From NCBI GenBank assembly GCA_963801605.1, contig CAWDFP010000006.1, positions 1,824,001 to 1,888,000 of the forward strand: a DNA stretch of 64,000 bases, read 5' to 3'. Below, piece after piece: positions 40,899-51,311 of this stretch (its first letter is position 1; each line of letters opens with the position of its first letter). Position numbers and translations under genes: made by a program. The stretch comes from an uncultured candidate division Zixibacteria bacterium. Its GTDB lineage: Bacteria; Zixibacteria; MSB-5A5; UBA10806. The notes beneath the pieces were generated by a model, which worked only from the letters and a program-made list of their open reading frames with translations, was not told where the DNA came from and searched no databases.

Positions 40899-41601
40899 GT
40901 TTCTCGCTAAAGCAGGCATAGCTTCTCGTAGACAGGCGGATACCCTTATTGAAGAGGGACGCGTTTCCGTCAATGGTATTATTATTACTCAATTGGGTAC
41001 GCAGGTCGATGAGAACCAGGATGAAGTAAAGGTCGACGGCAAGCTTGCTCAGGTTTCCGAAACCTATATATATTTAATGCTTCACAAACCGGTCGGTTAC
41101 ATGGTAACCCGTGTTGACGAGTTTGACAGGGCCACTGTGATGGAGTTAGTCGGTAAATATCGAAAAATTGTAAAACCCGTTGGCAGGCTGGATCTCAACT
41201 CCTCGGGGCTGTTGCTGTTCACCAATGATGGCGAGTTAGCTTTTCGTTTGACTCATCCGCGCTTTAAAATCGATAAAACCTATCAGGTAAAATGCGAGGG
41301 GCTTCTCACGGAAGAAGAAGTCGATCGGATTGAAAAGGGTGTTATGATTGAAGGCGGTATAACTTCGCCGGCGAAAATAAAGGTCATTTCTCGTTCTCCA
41401 AATTCCAGTCGCTTTTTGATAACAATTCACGAGGGCAGAAAGCGTCAGGTCAGGCTTATGTGCCAGGCGGTCAAACATGAGGTAATTTTTCTGAAGCGCA
41501 TTACATTTGGTAATCTTGAGTTGGGTGATCTTAAATCCGGAAAATATAGATTATTGGAGACGGCCGAAGTGCAAGCGCTAAAAGCGACGGTTAATTTGTG
41601 A
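40885..41601 (+). CDS. rluB: RsuA/RluB-family rRNA pseudouridine synthase
   Basis: MRLNKFLA S4 domain, HKPVGY, PVGRLD, LTHP, EGRKRQVR. Confidence 0.88.
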   Translation: MRLNKFLAKAGIASRRQADTLIEEGRVSVNGIIITQLGTQVDENQDEVKVDGKLAQVSETYIYLMLHKPVGYMVTRVDEFDRATVMELVGKYRKIVKPVGRLDLNSSGLLLFTNDGELAFRLTHPRFKIDKTYQVKCEGLLTEEEVDRIEKGVMIEGGITSPAKIKVISRSPNSSRFLITIHEGRKRQVRLMCQAVKHEVIFLKRITFGNLELGDLKSGKYRLLETAEVQALKATVNL

Positions 41602-42296
41602 AAAAGTCCAAGGTGATCGCAATCGATGGCCCGGCCGGTTCTGGAAAGAGTACCACGGCCAAACTCCTCGCCGATAAACTGGGATTTACTTATCTCGATA
41701 CCGGAGCCATGTATCGTTGCGTTACGCTGGCGGCCCTAAATCAAAACTTCGATCTTAACGACGGCGAAAGCTTGGGCCGTTTAGCCGGTACCCTTGATAT
41801 CAATCTTGTTCCGGACAAGGAGAGTGGTAATCGGGTTTTTATGAATGAAGAGGATGTCACCTCCGCCATAAGGACTCCACTTGTGGATTCCAATGTATCG
41901 CTGGTATCCTCATATAAAGTTGTCCGTGAGAAAATGGTAGCAATTCAGAGGAAGTTTGCTGCCAGGGGAGATATTGTAGCCGAGGGACGCGACATGGCCA
42001 CTGTCGTCTTTCCCTATGCCGATCTGAAAATATTTCTAATTGCCGATTTACGCACCAGGGCGGAAAGGCGCTGCCATCAGGTTGAGTGCATGGGTCTAAG
42101 GAGTACTGTCGATGAACAGATGGCATCCTTATCCTCACGGGATAAACTCGATAGCGGAAGAGCTATTTCGCCCTTAAGAAAAGACCCTGATGCCATCGAA
42201 CTTGACACCTCAGGTCTGACCATAGAAGAACAAGTTGATAAAGCCTATCACCTTGCTATTGAACGCTTTAGTTTAAACAATGAAACCATTATATAA
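41598..42296 (+). CDS. cmk: Cytidylate kinase
   Basis: IAIDGPAGSGKST, DTGAMYR, EGRD, RAERR. Confidence 0.96.
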   Translation: MKKSKVIAIDGPAGSGKSTTAKLLADKLGFTYLDTGAMYRCVTLAALNQNFDLNDGESLGRLAGTLDINLVPDKESGNRVFMNEEDVTSAIRTPLVDSNVSLVSSYKVVREKMVAIQRKFAARGDIVAEGRDMATVVFPYADLKIFLIADLRTRAERRCHQVECMGLRSTVDEQMASLSSRDKLDSGRAISPLRKDPDAIELDTSGLTIEEQVDKAYHLAIERFSLNNETII

Positions 42297-42897
42297 AGCC
42301 TGCTGGCTAATCTTACGTTTTTATCTTCGGATATTCTGTAAGCTCAAAATCGAGGGTGTTCAAAATGTCCCTCTCACTGGCGGCGTCATAGTTGCATCCA
42401 ATCATATCGGGGGGGCCGATCCGCCGTTTGTTGGGACCTGTATCAAGCGCGAGTTTTATTATCTCGCCAAAAAAGAGCTTTTTAAGAATTTCTTTATGCG
42501 AACCTTGGTTTCAAATTTGAACTCCATTCCGGTTAATAGAAGCATACTGGATCAAAAGGCTCTGCAAACCGCTGAAACTGTCTTGCGCCAGGGGAACGGC
42601 CTTATCGTTTTTCCGGAAGGAACAAGAAGCCGATCCGGAGAGCTTAGGAAAGGCAAGCCCGGTGTCGGTCTTCTGGCCAGAAAAACAAACGTACCAATCA
42701 TACCTGCATATATTGAAAATTCGCGCGGATTTATGACTCTTATCTTTAAGAGCAAAGGAATTATAGTCAGATTTGGCGAACCATTAAGCGCCGAATGGGT
42801 AGCGGCGTTCCCCGATACCAAAGAAGGCTACCGCGCGATAACCGAAGAGCTAATGGCCCGGATCAGGCAATTAGGGGAGGCTAAGGCCGGAATCTAA
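42280..42897 (+). CDS. plsC: 1-acyl-sn-glycerol-3-phosphate acyltransferase
   Basis: SNHIGGAD (NHx4D), AKKELF, FPEGTRS. Confidence 0.9.
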   Translation: MKPLYKACWLILRFYLRIFCKLKIEGVQNVPLTGGVIVASNHIGGADPPFVGTCIKREFYYLAKKELFKNFFMRTLVSNLNSIPVNRSILDQKALQTAETVLRQGNGLIVFPEGTRSRSGELRKGKPGVGLLARKTNVPIIPAYIENSRGFMTLIFKSKGIIVRFGEPLSAEWVAAFPDTKEGYRAITEELMARIRQLGEAKAGI

Positions 42898-43051
42898 CAG
42901 GTTTTAGATATTTTAAGAGACTACATGGGCCACGAAAAATCGTTTGCATAATCATCTTTTATTTTTATATTGGTTTTCTGATATCTCTCGCCCAACACCT
43001 GGGACGGGGGACCCCTTTGGGGGAATGATCATTTGAGGAGGACTTATACTA

Positions 43052-45069
43052 ATGCCAGAAAAAAAATCTGACGGCATGAAAGAACCGAACAAAAAGTTCA
43101 AGGCAGGAGGTGGTGCCAAGAGTAAGACCGCGAGAGCCAAGGCCGAATCGCGAAAGATGGCAACCGCAAAGAAAGCTCATGCGGGAGTCACCGATTCGCA
43201 CGAGGTCGAAACTGCTTTAAGGAAAACACGCACCAAAACCGCACGAGAGAAAACCAGGCGCGTTGACCTGGAACCGGTGCTCAGCGCCGAGGATATCGAA
43301 ACTCAGGAGTATTCACCTGATGAGTTTCAGCAGATGCTTTCGATGTATGAAGGCACTCTGCAGGATATTAAAGAAGGCGAAGTTGTCAACGGCACCGTGC
43401 TGGGAGTAACCCGCGATGACATCATTGTGGATGTCGGATTTAAATCCGAGGGTATCATTCCTATCAACGAGTTTACCGAACCGATCAATATCAAGGTCGG
43501 GGATAAGATTCAGGTTTATCTCGATGCTATCGAAGATAGCGACGGGCAACTCGTTCTCTCGAAGCAAAAAGCCGATTTCATGCGGGTTTGGGATAATATA
43601 AAAGATTGTCACGATTCCGGTCAGACTGTTCAGGGCAGGATCGTCAGGCGTATCAAGGGTGGCATGGTGGTGGATCTGTTCGGAGTTGAGGCCTTTCTGC
43701 CCGGCTCTCAGATTGCCTTACGCCAGGTGCCCGATTTCGACGCTCTGCTCAGCCAGATGATGGATCTTAAAATCATCAAGCTCAACAAGAGCCGCCGCAA
43801 TATCGTAGTATCTCGCCGCGTGGTGCTTGAGGAAGAGCGCGAAAAGATGCGCGATACATTGCTTAAGGAAATCCAACCCGGTCAGGTTAAGGCTGGAATC
43901 ATCAAAAATATCACCGATTTTGGCGTCTTCATCGATCTGGGCGGTGTCGACGGTCTTCTGCATATCACCGATATGTCCTGGGGACGTGTCAACCATCCAT
44001 CGGAATTAGTGCATCTTGGTCAGGAAATCAAAGTCAAGATTCTCGATTTCGATAAAAACAGCAACAGGATTTCTCTCGGACTCAAGCAGCTTACTCCCTA
44101 TCCCTGGGAGAATGTTGAGGAAAGATATCCTATCGGTAATAAAGTCAAAGGTAGAGTGGTCTCTATAACCGATTACGGCGCTTTCGTGGAGTTGGAAAAG
44201 GGTATCGAGGGGCTAATTCATATCTCCGAGATGTCCTGGACTCAGCACATCAAGCATCCCTCGAAAATCCTGACTCCTCATCAGGAGATCGAAGCCGTGG
44301 TTCTTTCCGTTGATAAAGAAAACGAAAAGATATCGCTTGGCCTCAAACAGCTTGAGGATGATCCCTGGTTGACGCTCGACTATAAATACCCGATTGGTAC
44401 CAAGGTTACCGGCAAGGTCCGCAACCTGACCACTTTCGGAGCTTTCGTTGAGATTGAGGATGGTATCGATGGCCTGGTTCATATCTCTGATATGTCCTGG
44501 ACCCGTCGAATCCAGCATCCTTCGGAAGTTATGAAACGCGGTGACGTGGTTGATGTTGTAATTCTGGGAATCGATAAAGAAAACCGCAGAATCTCTCTCG
44601 GCCACAAACAAGTCCTATCCGATCCCTGGCCTGATTTGCAGCTTGCAATATGCCGTTAATACCGAGACGATGGGCACAATCGCCCGGCTGCTCGATCGCG
44701 GCGTAATCGTCAACCTTCCGGGAGAAGTTGAAGGATTTGTACCGACATATCATCTTAACAAACCAGATATTTCGCGGCCGTCAGACGCGTTTGCCGAAGG
44801 CGAGGAATTACCGCTTCAGGGTAATCGAGTTTGACTCCCATAACCGTCGCATCGTTCTTTCTGTGAATGCCTACTTTGCAGGCAAAGAGCAGAAAGATGT
44901 CGAGGAGTATCTGGCCAAGCATCCGACCAAGGTTGTTCCCGTTACCGAAATAGTTGACGCACCGGAATCAACCGAAACACCTTCCAGCGAAAAGCCTGTC
45001 GAGGAACAGCCGGAAGTATCGGAAGCACCGGAGGCTGAGAACAGTAACCCAGCTTCTGACGCCAATTAA
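43052..45069 (+). CDS. rpsA: 30S ribosomal protein S1; two 3' frameshifts at ~44640 and ~44820 (probable errors)
   Basis: Repeated S1 domains (DVGFKSEG, AFLPGSQ, DFGVF..GLLHITDMSW, RISLG); last domain spread over ORFs 44643 and 44728. Confidence 0.95.
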
Positions 45070-45093
45070 GTCGTAGAGGAGTTTATTATTTGG

Positions 45094-45122
45094 TGTAGGG
45101 GCGTATGCAATGCGCCCCTACA
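45094..45122. repeat. GTAG-type REP-like palindrome
   Basis: TGTAGGGGCGTA-tgcaa-TGCGCCCCTACA. Confidence 0.6.
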
Positions 45123-45182
45123 TTTTAATTTAAACGATACGGTCGACAGTATATATGACTACTATCTATAACAGGTCTCGAT

Positions 45183-45208
45183 GCTCCCTTGGAAAAGGGG
45201 GCTTTTTT
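45183..45208 (+). terminator. Intrinsic terminator after rpsA
   Basis: GCTCCCTT-ggaa-AAGGGGGC followed by TTTTTT. Confidence 0.8.
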
Positions 45209-45209
45209 A

Positions 45210-45239
45210 TTGACAGTAAGAGCCTTAAGACGGTAAATT
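45210..45239 (+). promoter_or_regulatory. Sigma70-type promoter of the LPS cluster
   Basis: TTGACA-18 nt-TAAATT, ending 5 nt before ATG 45245. Confidence 0.6.
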
Positions 45240-45244
45240 AAAGT

Positions 45245-46273
45245 ATGCCTCCAAAAGCCTCCAAAATGGCAATTCCGATTTTCCTAAGCGCCATCGGATC
45301 TCGACGCAACCAGCCGGATGGCTGTTTTTCCGGCGAACGCGGGCATAAGGTGCTGTTGGTAAAACAAGCTGAACGATTGGGCAATATTATTCTCATGAAT
45401 TCGGCGATATCGGCTTTGGGATCGAAATATCCTAATCTAAAAATTGATCTGATGTTACCCGCCCCTTATGCGGAAATCATGACTGCTAATTCGCATATTA
45501 ATGCTATTATTCCGGTGCAGAAAAAAGAATACTTTACTCGTCCCTGGAAGCTGGTCCGACTCGTAAGAAGCCTTCGCAGTGCCAAATACGATCTGGCCAT
45601 CGACTGTTCCGATGTCAATTCGCACTCATCAAGCGGGGCAGCCTATGCATTATTATCCGGGGCGAAAGTTGTCGCCGGATGGAAATCGGCCAACCGCAGA
45701 ATATTTGATATCGAAATTAAGCGCTATTCGGATATTGTACATGCGACCCAGATGTATTTGAGGCTTTTTTCGGGAGTATTCGGTGTAATGCTCGACGGCG
45801 ATCCTTATTTTGATAAGATAATATCTGCTAATAAGGGAGATATAATTGGAATAAACTGCGGCGGCAGGGGGCCAAAACGCTGGCGGCTTGAAAAGTTTAT
45901 CGAACTTGGAAAAGAATTGTCTGTGCGGGGAAACCCGGTCGATTTTATTTTAGGTCCGGAAGAAATCGCATTAAGAGCAGATTTGCAGCAAAATCTTCCA
46001 ATGGGCTGTCGACTTTTGCCCCTTATGCCGCTTCCGGAACTTATGAAAACGATAAACTCATATAAAGTGTTCATCTCCTCCGATACCGGACCGATGCATC
46101 TGGCCTGGTGTCTCGGCGTCCCGACAATCGCCATCTTTATCGATTCTGAGCTTGAAAAGTTCAAACCGCTTTCGCCTGGCTCGGTGGCAATCGATATGAA
46201 AAACGGAATTGAGCCGAAGGAGATTGCGGAGCTTGTTGCTCGGATTCCAAAGATGGGAAAGGTATCGGCATGA
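45245..46273 (+). CDS. GT9 (heptosyltransferase-like) glycosyltransferase
   Basis: RLGNI, YDLAID, KRW, SSDTGPMHLA. Confidence 0.88.
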   Translation: MPPKASKMAIPIFLSAIGSRRNQPDGCFSGERGHKVLLVKQAERLGNIILMNSAISALGSKYPNLKIDLMLPAPYAEIMTANSHINAIIPVQKKEYFTRPWKLVRLVRSLRSAKYDLAIDCSDVNSHSSSGAAYALLSGAKVVAGWKSANRRIFDIEIKRYSDIVHATQMYLRLFSGVFGVMLDGDPYFDKIISANKGDIIGINCGGRGPKRWRLEKFIELGKELSVRGNPVDFILGPEEIALRADLQQNLPMGCRLLPLMPLPELMKTINSYKVFISSDTGPMHLAWCLGVPTIAIFIDSELEKFKPLSPGSVAIDMKNGIEPKEIAELVARIPKMGKVSA

Positions 46274-48099
46274 AATTATATTGGCGGCTACTCAAATATT
46301 TAAAGCCGCATCTCAGGTATTATATTATCGCCATCATTTTTGGGACGTTTTTTGCCGCCATGAGCGGCGTTTCTCTGACCATGGTTGTACCCTTCACCAA
46401 ATTAATTTTTGAACAGGATATCAGCTCTCCGCAGATTCAACAGCAGCCTATAGATTACTCCAAGCTCCTGAAGCTCGATAAAGAGACATTTATCAGGGTA
46501 ATCGGCGGTGATACGCGGATCGAAAGACTGGGACGGTTTTGTATCCTGCTTCTTATTGTATTTGTCATAAAGAATATTTTCTTCTATGGCTGGAGCTATT
46601 TGATAGTGCATGTGGAGCAGGGGGTAGTGCGAGATATGCGGGATGAGCTCTTCGAGCATTACCAAAAACTGCCTCTGGAATTTTTCCACGGTCATCGTGC
46701 GGGCGAACTGATATCGCGTATCACCAACGATATTACCCTGGTTCGAGGCGCCGTGGCTAACGGGCTTTCTGATCTTTTAAAGAATCTGTTGTTATCGATT
46801 GTCTTTATCGTTCTGGTGTTTGTTGCCTCCTGGAAGATGGCGATTGCCACAATTCTCATCATGCCGCCATCGGTAATCTTAATTAGCGTGTTCGGAAAAG
46901 CACTTCGTTCCAGTTCAGCTAAAACTCAGCGCGAGATGGCAGCTATTACTACGACTTTGCAGGAGACTGTTTCTGGAATCCGGGTGGTCAAAGCCTTCGC
47001 CATGGAGAAGTTCGAAATATCCCGCTTCAAGAAATTTACCGGCGATTATTTCAGGACTATGGTGCGGTTAACTCGAATCGGATCGCTGGCTATTCCGCTG
47101 ACCGAAATGCTGGGAGTGGCTGCCGGTACGGCTATCCTCTGGTACGGCGGCCGTCAAATACTCATGGGGACAGGATTGACCCCCGATAGATTTTTCCTAT
47201 TTTTAGTTTCAATGTTTTCCCTGATGCAGCCGGTCAAGGTTTTAAGCCGGGTTAATATCGATATCCAGCAGGGGATGGCTGCAGGGGAGAGAATATTCCA
47301 GGTCCTTGATACCAAACCCAAAATCGTCGAGAAAGCGAATCCTGTGGTATTAACGGGATTTAACGATTCGATAAAATTCGATCATGTTAATTTTCATTAC
47401 CCGGAAGGCGAATTTAATCTGGAGGATATTTCTCTTGATGTCAAGAAGGGCCAGGTCATTGCTCTGGCAGGTCCTTCCGGAGGCGGCAAATCGACTATTG
47501 TCGATCTCATCCCGCGCTTTTATGACCCTACCTCGGGGAGCGTGACGATAGATGGCAATAATCTTCGAGACGTCGATTTAAGCTCGCTTAGAAATATGCT
47601 TGGTATCGTTACCCAGGAGACCATCCTTTTCAACGATACGGTTTATAACAATGTCGCTTACGGGCAGGCGGAGATCGGGCGCGAGGCTGTCGAGCGCGCT
47701 TTGGATGCCGCTTGCGCTCTCGATTTTGTAAATGCCATGCCTGAGGGACTGGATACAATTATCGGTGACCGCGGAGTTAAGCTTTCAGGCGGGCAGCGTC
47801 AACGCCTGGCTATTGCCAGGGCGCTCTTAAAAGACCCGCCAATTCTGATATTCGATGAGGCTACGTCGGCGCTCGATACGGAATCCGAGCAGCTTATCAC
47901 TCAGGCTATTTCCAATCTGTTAAGCGGCAGGACTGTGGTAATCATTGCTCATCGTCTATCAACTATCAGACGGGCGGATTTAATTCTCGTAGTCGAAAAC
48001 GGCCGCATAGTCCAAACCGGCGACCATAACGATCTCATCACCGAAGGCGGCCTCTACAAAAAACTCTATGATCTGCAATTTCAGGATTCAGTGGTATGA
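46270..48099 (+). CDS. msbA: Lipid A-core flippase-like ABC transporter
   Basis: TM domain plus GPSGGGKS, LSGGQRQR, DEATSALD; within LPS cluster. Confidence 0.85.
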   Translation: MKLYWRLLKYLKPHLRYYIIAIIFGTFFAAMSGVSLTMVVPFTKLIFEQDISSPQIQQQPIDYSKLLKLDKETFIRVIGGDTRIERLGRFCILLLIVFVIKNIFFYGWSYLIVHVEQGVVRDMRDELFEHYQKLPLEFFHGHRAGELISRITNDITLVRGAVANGLSDLLKNLLLSIVFIVLVFVASWKMAIATILIMPPSVILISVFGKALRSSSAKTQREMAAITTTLQETVSGIRVVKAFAMEKFEISRFKKFTGDYFRTMVRLTRIGSLAIPLTEMLGVAAGTAILWYGGRQILMGTGLTPDRFFLFLVSMFSLMQPVKVLSRVNIDIQQGMAAGERIFQVLDTKPKIVEKANPVVLTGFNDSIKFDHVNFHYPEGEFNLEDISLDVKKGQVIALAGPSGGGKSTIVDLIPRFYDPTSGSVTIDGNNLRDVDLSSLRNMLGIVTQETILFNDTVYNNVAYGQAEIGREAVERALDAACALDFVNAMPEGLDTIIGDRGVKLSGGQRQRLAIARALLKDPPILIFDEATSALDTESEQLITQAISNLLSGRTVVIIAHRLSTIRRADLILVVENGRIVQTGDHNDLITEGGLYKKLYDLQFQDSVV

Positions 48100-49127
48100 C
48101 CGCGCCTCAAAGAGCCTTGTTCATACAGCTTCGCAGGATCGGCGATGTCCTGATGTGCACACCATCGATCAGGGCATTTAAGAATCATTATCCCGATTGC
48201 AGGCTCGATTTTCTCACCGAAATTTCCGATGTGTTGCAGGGCAATCCCTATTTGGATTCCGTATTGAATGTTGATCGTTCTAAAGAGTTCAATTTTGGAT
48301 ATCAATATAACCTGATTAGAAAAATCAAATCCAATCGGTATGATTTGGTTGTAGATTTTTTGGTCAATCCTCGAAGCGCCTATTATTCTTTCTTAAGCCG
48401 GGCTGCGACCAGGCTCAGTTATGGCACCAGGCACAGACGCTGGGCTTATAATATGATACCTCAAAAACCCGTAGGATCAGTCTACGCCGCGGAGGATAGA
48501 CTTCATTTGGTAAGCTCGCTCGGCGTACCACCCGATGGATTGGAATTAAACTTCTATCCGTCTGAACATGACAGAGTAGAAGCACAAAGGATATTATTAA
48601 ATATAAAAGAACCGATTATAACAATTTCCCCGGTTTCCCGAAAATTATACAGACAATGGCCGCTTGAAAAATATGCGGAGTTGTCCGATTTAATGTGCCT
48701 TAAATTCGGCGCCTCAGTCCTGGTATTGGCCGGACCCGGAGAACAGGATTATGCCCGCGGAGTAGCCGCCAAATCATCATCCAATGTTCAAGCGTTGAAT
48801 ATTGACGGGTTGGGGATTCTGGGAGCAATATTCGAGAAGGCGAGCCTGCATATCGGAAATGATAACGGCCCGAAGCACATTGCGGTCGCTTGTGGCGCTC
48901 CAACTCTCACTATCTTTGGGCCGCATGATCCGGTTAGCTGGACTTATCCTGATCCGTCGCGACATAAATGGGTAGCCCCGGCTGGTTTGTGCGATGATTG
49001 CGGGCGAAAAAAGACTCGATGCCAGGGGGAATGCATTAAAGATATTTCGGTAGACTCGGTTTGGGAAAAAGCGCAAGCGATGATCGCGGCGCTCCCCGGC
49101 TTTGTATCGAGCATCAAGAAAATATGA
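48096..49127 (+). CDS. GT9 glycosyltransferase
   Basis: RRIGDVLM, RQWP, GNDNGPKHIA, IFGP. Confidence 0.9.
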   Translation: MTAPQRALFIQLRRIGDVLMCTPSIRAFKNHYPDCRLDFLTEISDVLQGNPYLDSVLNVDRSKEFNFGYQYNLIRKIKSNRYDLVVDFLVNPRSAYYSFLSRAATRLSYGTRHRRWAYNMIPQKPVGSVYAAEDRLHLVSSLGVPPDGLELNFYPSEHDRVEAQRILLNIKEPIITISPVSRKLYRQWPLEKYAELSDLMCLKFGASVLVLAGPGEQDYARGVAAKSSSNVQALNIDGLGILGAIFEKASLHIGNDNGPKHIAVACGAPTLTIFGPHDPVSWTYPDPSRHKWVAPAGLCDDCGRKKTRCQGECIKDISVDSVWEKAQAMIAALPGFVSSIKKI

Positions 49128-50227
49128 AAATTATCCAGATCATAGATTTACGCTGGTACAATGCCTGCGCCGATTTTGCCATCAAGCAAGCTAAAGGGCT
49201 TGCCCTTATCGGTCATGACGTGCTTTTAATGGCAAATCCGGGTTCTCCTCCGGCGCTAAAAGCCAGGGAGGCAGGCCTTAATGTCAGTGAAGAGATCAAT
49301 TTTGCAGGCGCCGGAAAAATCCTCAGCGCTCCGAAAAAGCTCCGGAAAATCGCTTCCCGATTTGGCGCCGATATAATCTTCGCTCACAGAGGAGAATCAC
49401 ATCTCATAAGCGCTCTGGCTGCCAGGGGAACGAAAATTCCGGTGGCGCGTTTTCGCGGAGATGTTCGTCCGCCCAAAGGCGGTTTATTTAGCCGCTATTT
49501 GAATACGCGTCTTACTGATGGCGTCGCTGTTTCAACCGAACGTCTTAAGCTCGAATACGAGCGAAAGTTTGGAGTCAACAGCATACCGAGCAGGGTTATT
49601 TATCCGGCAATCGACCAGACTCCGTTTAAGATAAACAAATCAAAAGAGGATCTTAAACGTCAATTCGGTATGAAGCCTGGCCCGCCAGTGGTGGGGATTG
49701 TGGGGCGTCTCTCGCCGGTAAAGGGGCATCGTTATTTTGTCGAGGCGGCCAAGCTGGTTTCGTTGAAATTTCCGCAGACACAATTCGTAATCGCCGGAGA
49801 GGATTCGCAAATCAAAGCGGCCGAGCTTCAGATTGCCGCGGCTGTTCTCAAAGTCCCTAATTTGCGCTTATTTGGACGTATCGATAATATCGAAGAGCTG
49901 ATCGCCTCATTCGATATTGGTGTTGTTGCCTCTCTCGGATCGGAAATGATTTGCCGGGTGTTGTTGGAATACTTTGCCGCCGGAATACCGGCCGTAGGCA
50001 CTTCGGTTAATCAGATTTCGGAGATAATGCTGCAATCAAACGGCGGAATTCTGGTGCCATCGGCAGATTCTGTAGCGATGGGCAACGCCGTCATTGATCT
50101 TCTCTCGGATCAGAATAAAGGCGCTCGCCTGGCCGCTAATGGCGCCAAATGGGTCGCGGGACGGTCCTTGGAAGTCCTGGGACGCGAAAGCGAATCGTTT
50201 TTGTCAGAGGTCATAAATGCACAATAA
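49124..50227 (+). CDS. GT4 glycosyltransferase
   Basis: GIVGRLSPVKGH, SEMICRVLLEY..G.PAV. Confidence 0.88.
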   Translation: MKIIQIIDLRWYNACADFAIKQAKGLALIGHDVLLMANPGSPPALKAREAGLNVSEEINFAGAGKILSAPKKLRKIASRFGADIIFAHRGESHLISALAARGTKIPVARFRGDVRPPKGGLFSRYLNTRLTDGVAVSTERLKLEYERKFGVNSIPSRVIYPAIDQTPFKINKSKEDLKRQFGMKPGPPVVGIVGRLSPVKGHRYFVEAAKLVSLKFPQTQFVIAGEDSQIKAAELQIAAAVLKVPNLRLFGRIDNIEELIASFDIGVVASLGSEMICRVLLEYFAAGIPAVGTSVNQISEIMLQSNGGILVPSADSVAMGNAVIDLLSDQNKGARLAANGAKWVAGRSLEVLGRESESFLSEVINAQ

Positions 50228-51311
50228 GATACTGATTAATTCAGGTTTTTATCTTTTGCTGCTGTTTGCATTTTCAATCACAGTCTATCCGACGGCGGCA
50301 TACGTGCTGGCGGGAGCGATCTTCCTGATTTGGGTTCTTGATTTACTGATTTTCAGGGAAACCGATATTAATGAATTGCCTTTATTTTATCCGATATTGA
50401 GTTTTGCGGCGGTGCTGTTAGCGGGCGGTATGGTGTCATTGATATACGGTCATATCTTTCCCTACGCTTACGTAGCGCTGCTTTCCTTTTTCTATTTCAT
50501 TGTTCCCGGATTTGTCAGATCGGGTGAGCAACGACGAATGGTTCTCTGGACCTTTATCGCCGGAGCCATGCTGGTTACGGGTTTGCATCTGATTCTCTGG
50601 TGGGCGACATTTACCAATATTACGATGCGCCTGAAACCGCTTTCGACGCCATCGTTATTCATGGTTACCATGGCGTTTTCATTTCTGTTGTCATTTTATG
50701 CAGAAAGCCGGTCGATCAGGGAAAAAGTGTTTTTGGCGATGGTCAGCATTCCGTTTGCCCTGGTTGTTATTCTTTCGGGTGATAAAACCGCCATGCTATT
50801 TATTCTGATCGTGATAATACTGATCGCCATTTTTCGCGACAGATCTATATTTATTCCATTAGGATTGGCGATACTATTTATTCTCTCGGGTGCATTTGGA
50901 ATCGATTATTATATCGAGCAGGATTTTATGCCGTCCACATTTAAAGAATTTATCATGCATCCGATTGAACAAATCAAAAGCAGTCCTGAAACTGTTTTGG
51001 CGACATCTTTCTATGGAGAGGCCGCGTTGCCAAATGAGAGCTCCGCTGCGGCCGGCCAATCGTTTTTCCTCGATTTAATAAGATTTGCCGGGCCTCCCGC
51101 AATTCTACTTTTATTCTGGGTGCTTTTCGAGAAGGCCAGGGAAGCCTATTTCAAACATCGCAGAAGTGTTGAGCAACAACCGCGGGCCTATCATTTAATC
51201 TCGCTTTTGACTGTTATTGCCGCAGTTGTGATGAATTTCTATGGACCCGCCTTCGAATATCCGTCAATAATATTGGCCTCATGGCTTATTTGGGGGATGT
51301 CGCAAATATGA
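50217..51311 (+). CDS. Polytopic membrane protein, possibly O-antigen ligase-like
   Basis: About 10 hydrophobic segments; LPS cluster context; no clear catalytic motif recognised. Confidence 0.6.
   Translation: MHNKILINSGFYLLLLFAFSITVYPTAAYVLAGAIFLIWVLDLLIFRETDINELPLFYPILSFAAVLLAGGMVSLIYGHIFPYAYVALLSFFYFIVPGFVRSGEQRRMVLWTFIAGAMLVTGLHLILWWATFTNITMRLKPLSTPSLFMVTMAFSFLLSFYAESRSIREKVFLAMVSIPFALVVILSGDKTAMLFILIVIILIAIFRDRSIFIPLGLAILFILSGAFGIDYYIEQDFMPSTFKEFIMHPIEQIKSSPETVLATSFYGEAALPNESSAAAGQSFFLDLIRFAGPPAILLLFWVLFEKAREAYFKHRRSVEQQPRAYHLISLLTVIAAVVMNFYGPAFEYPSIILASWLIWGMSQI

Noticed and set aside
44630..44834. rpsA as pseudogene
   Set aside because: Typically essential; all domains are present and only single-base shifts separate them
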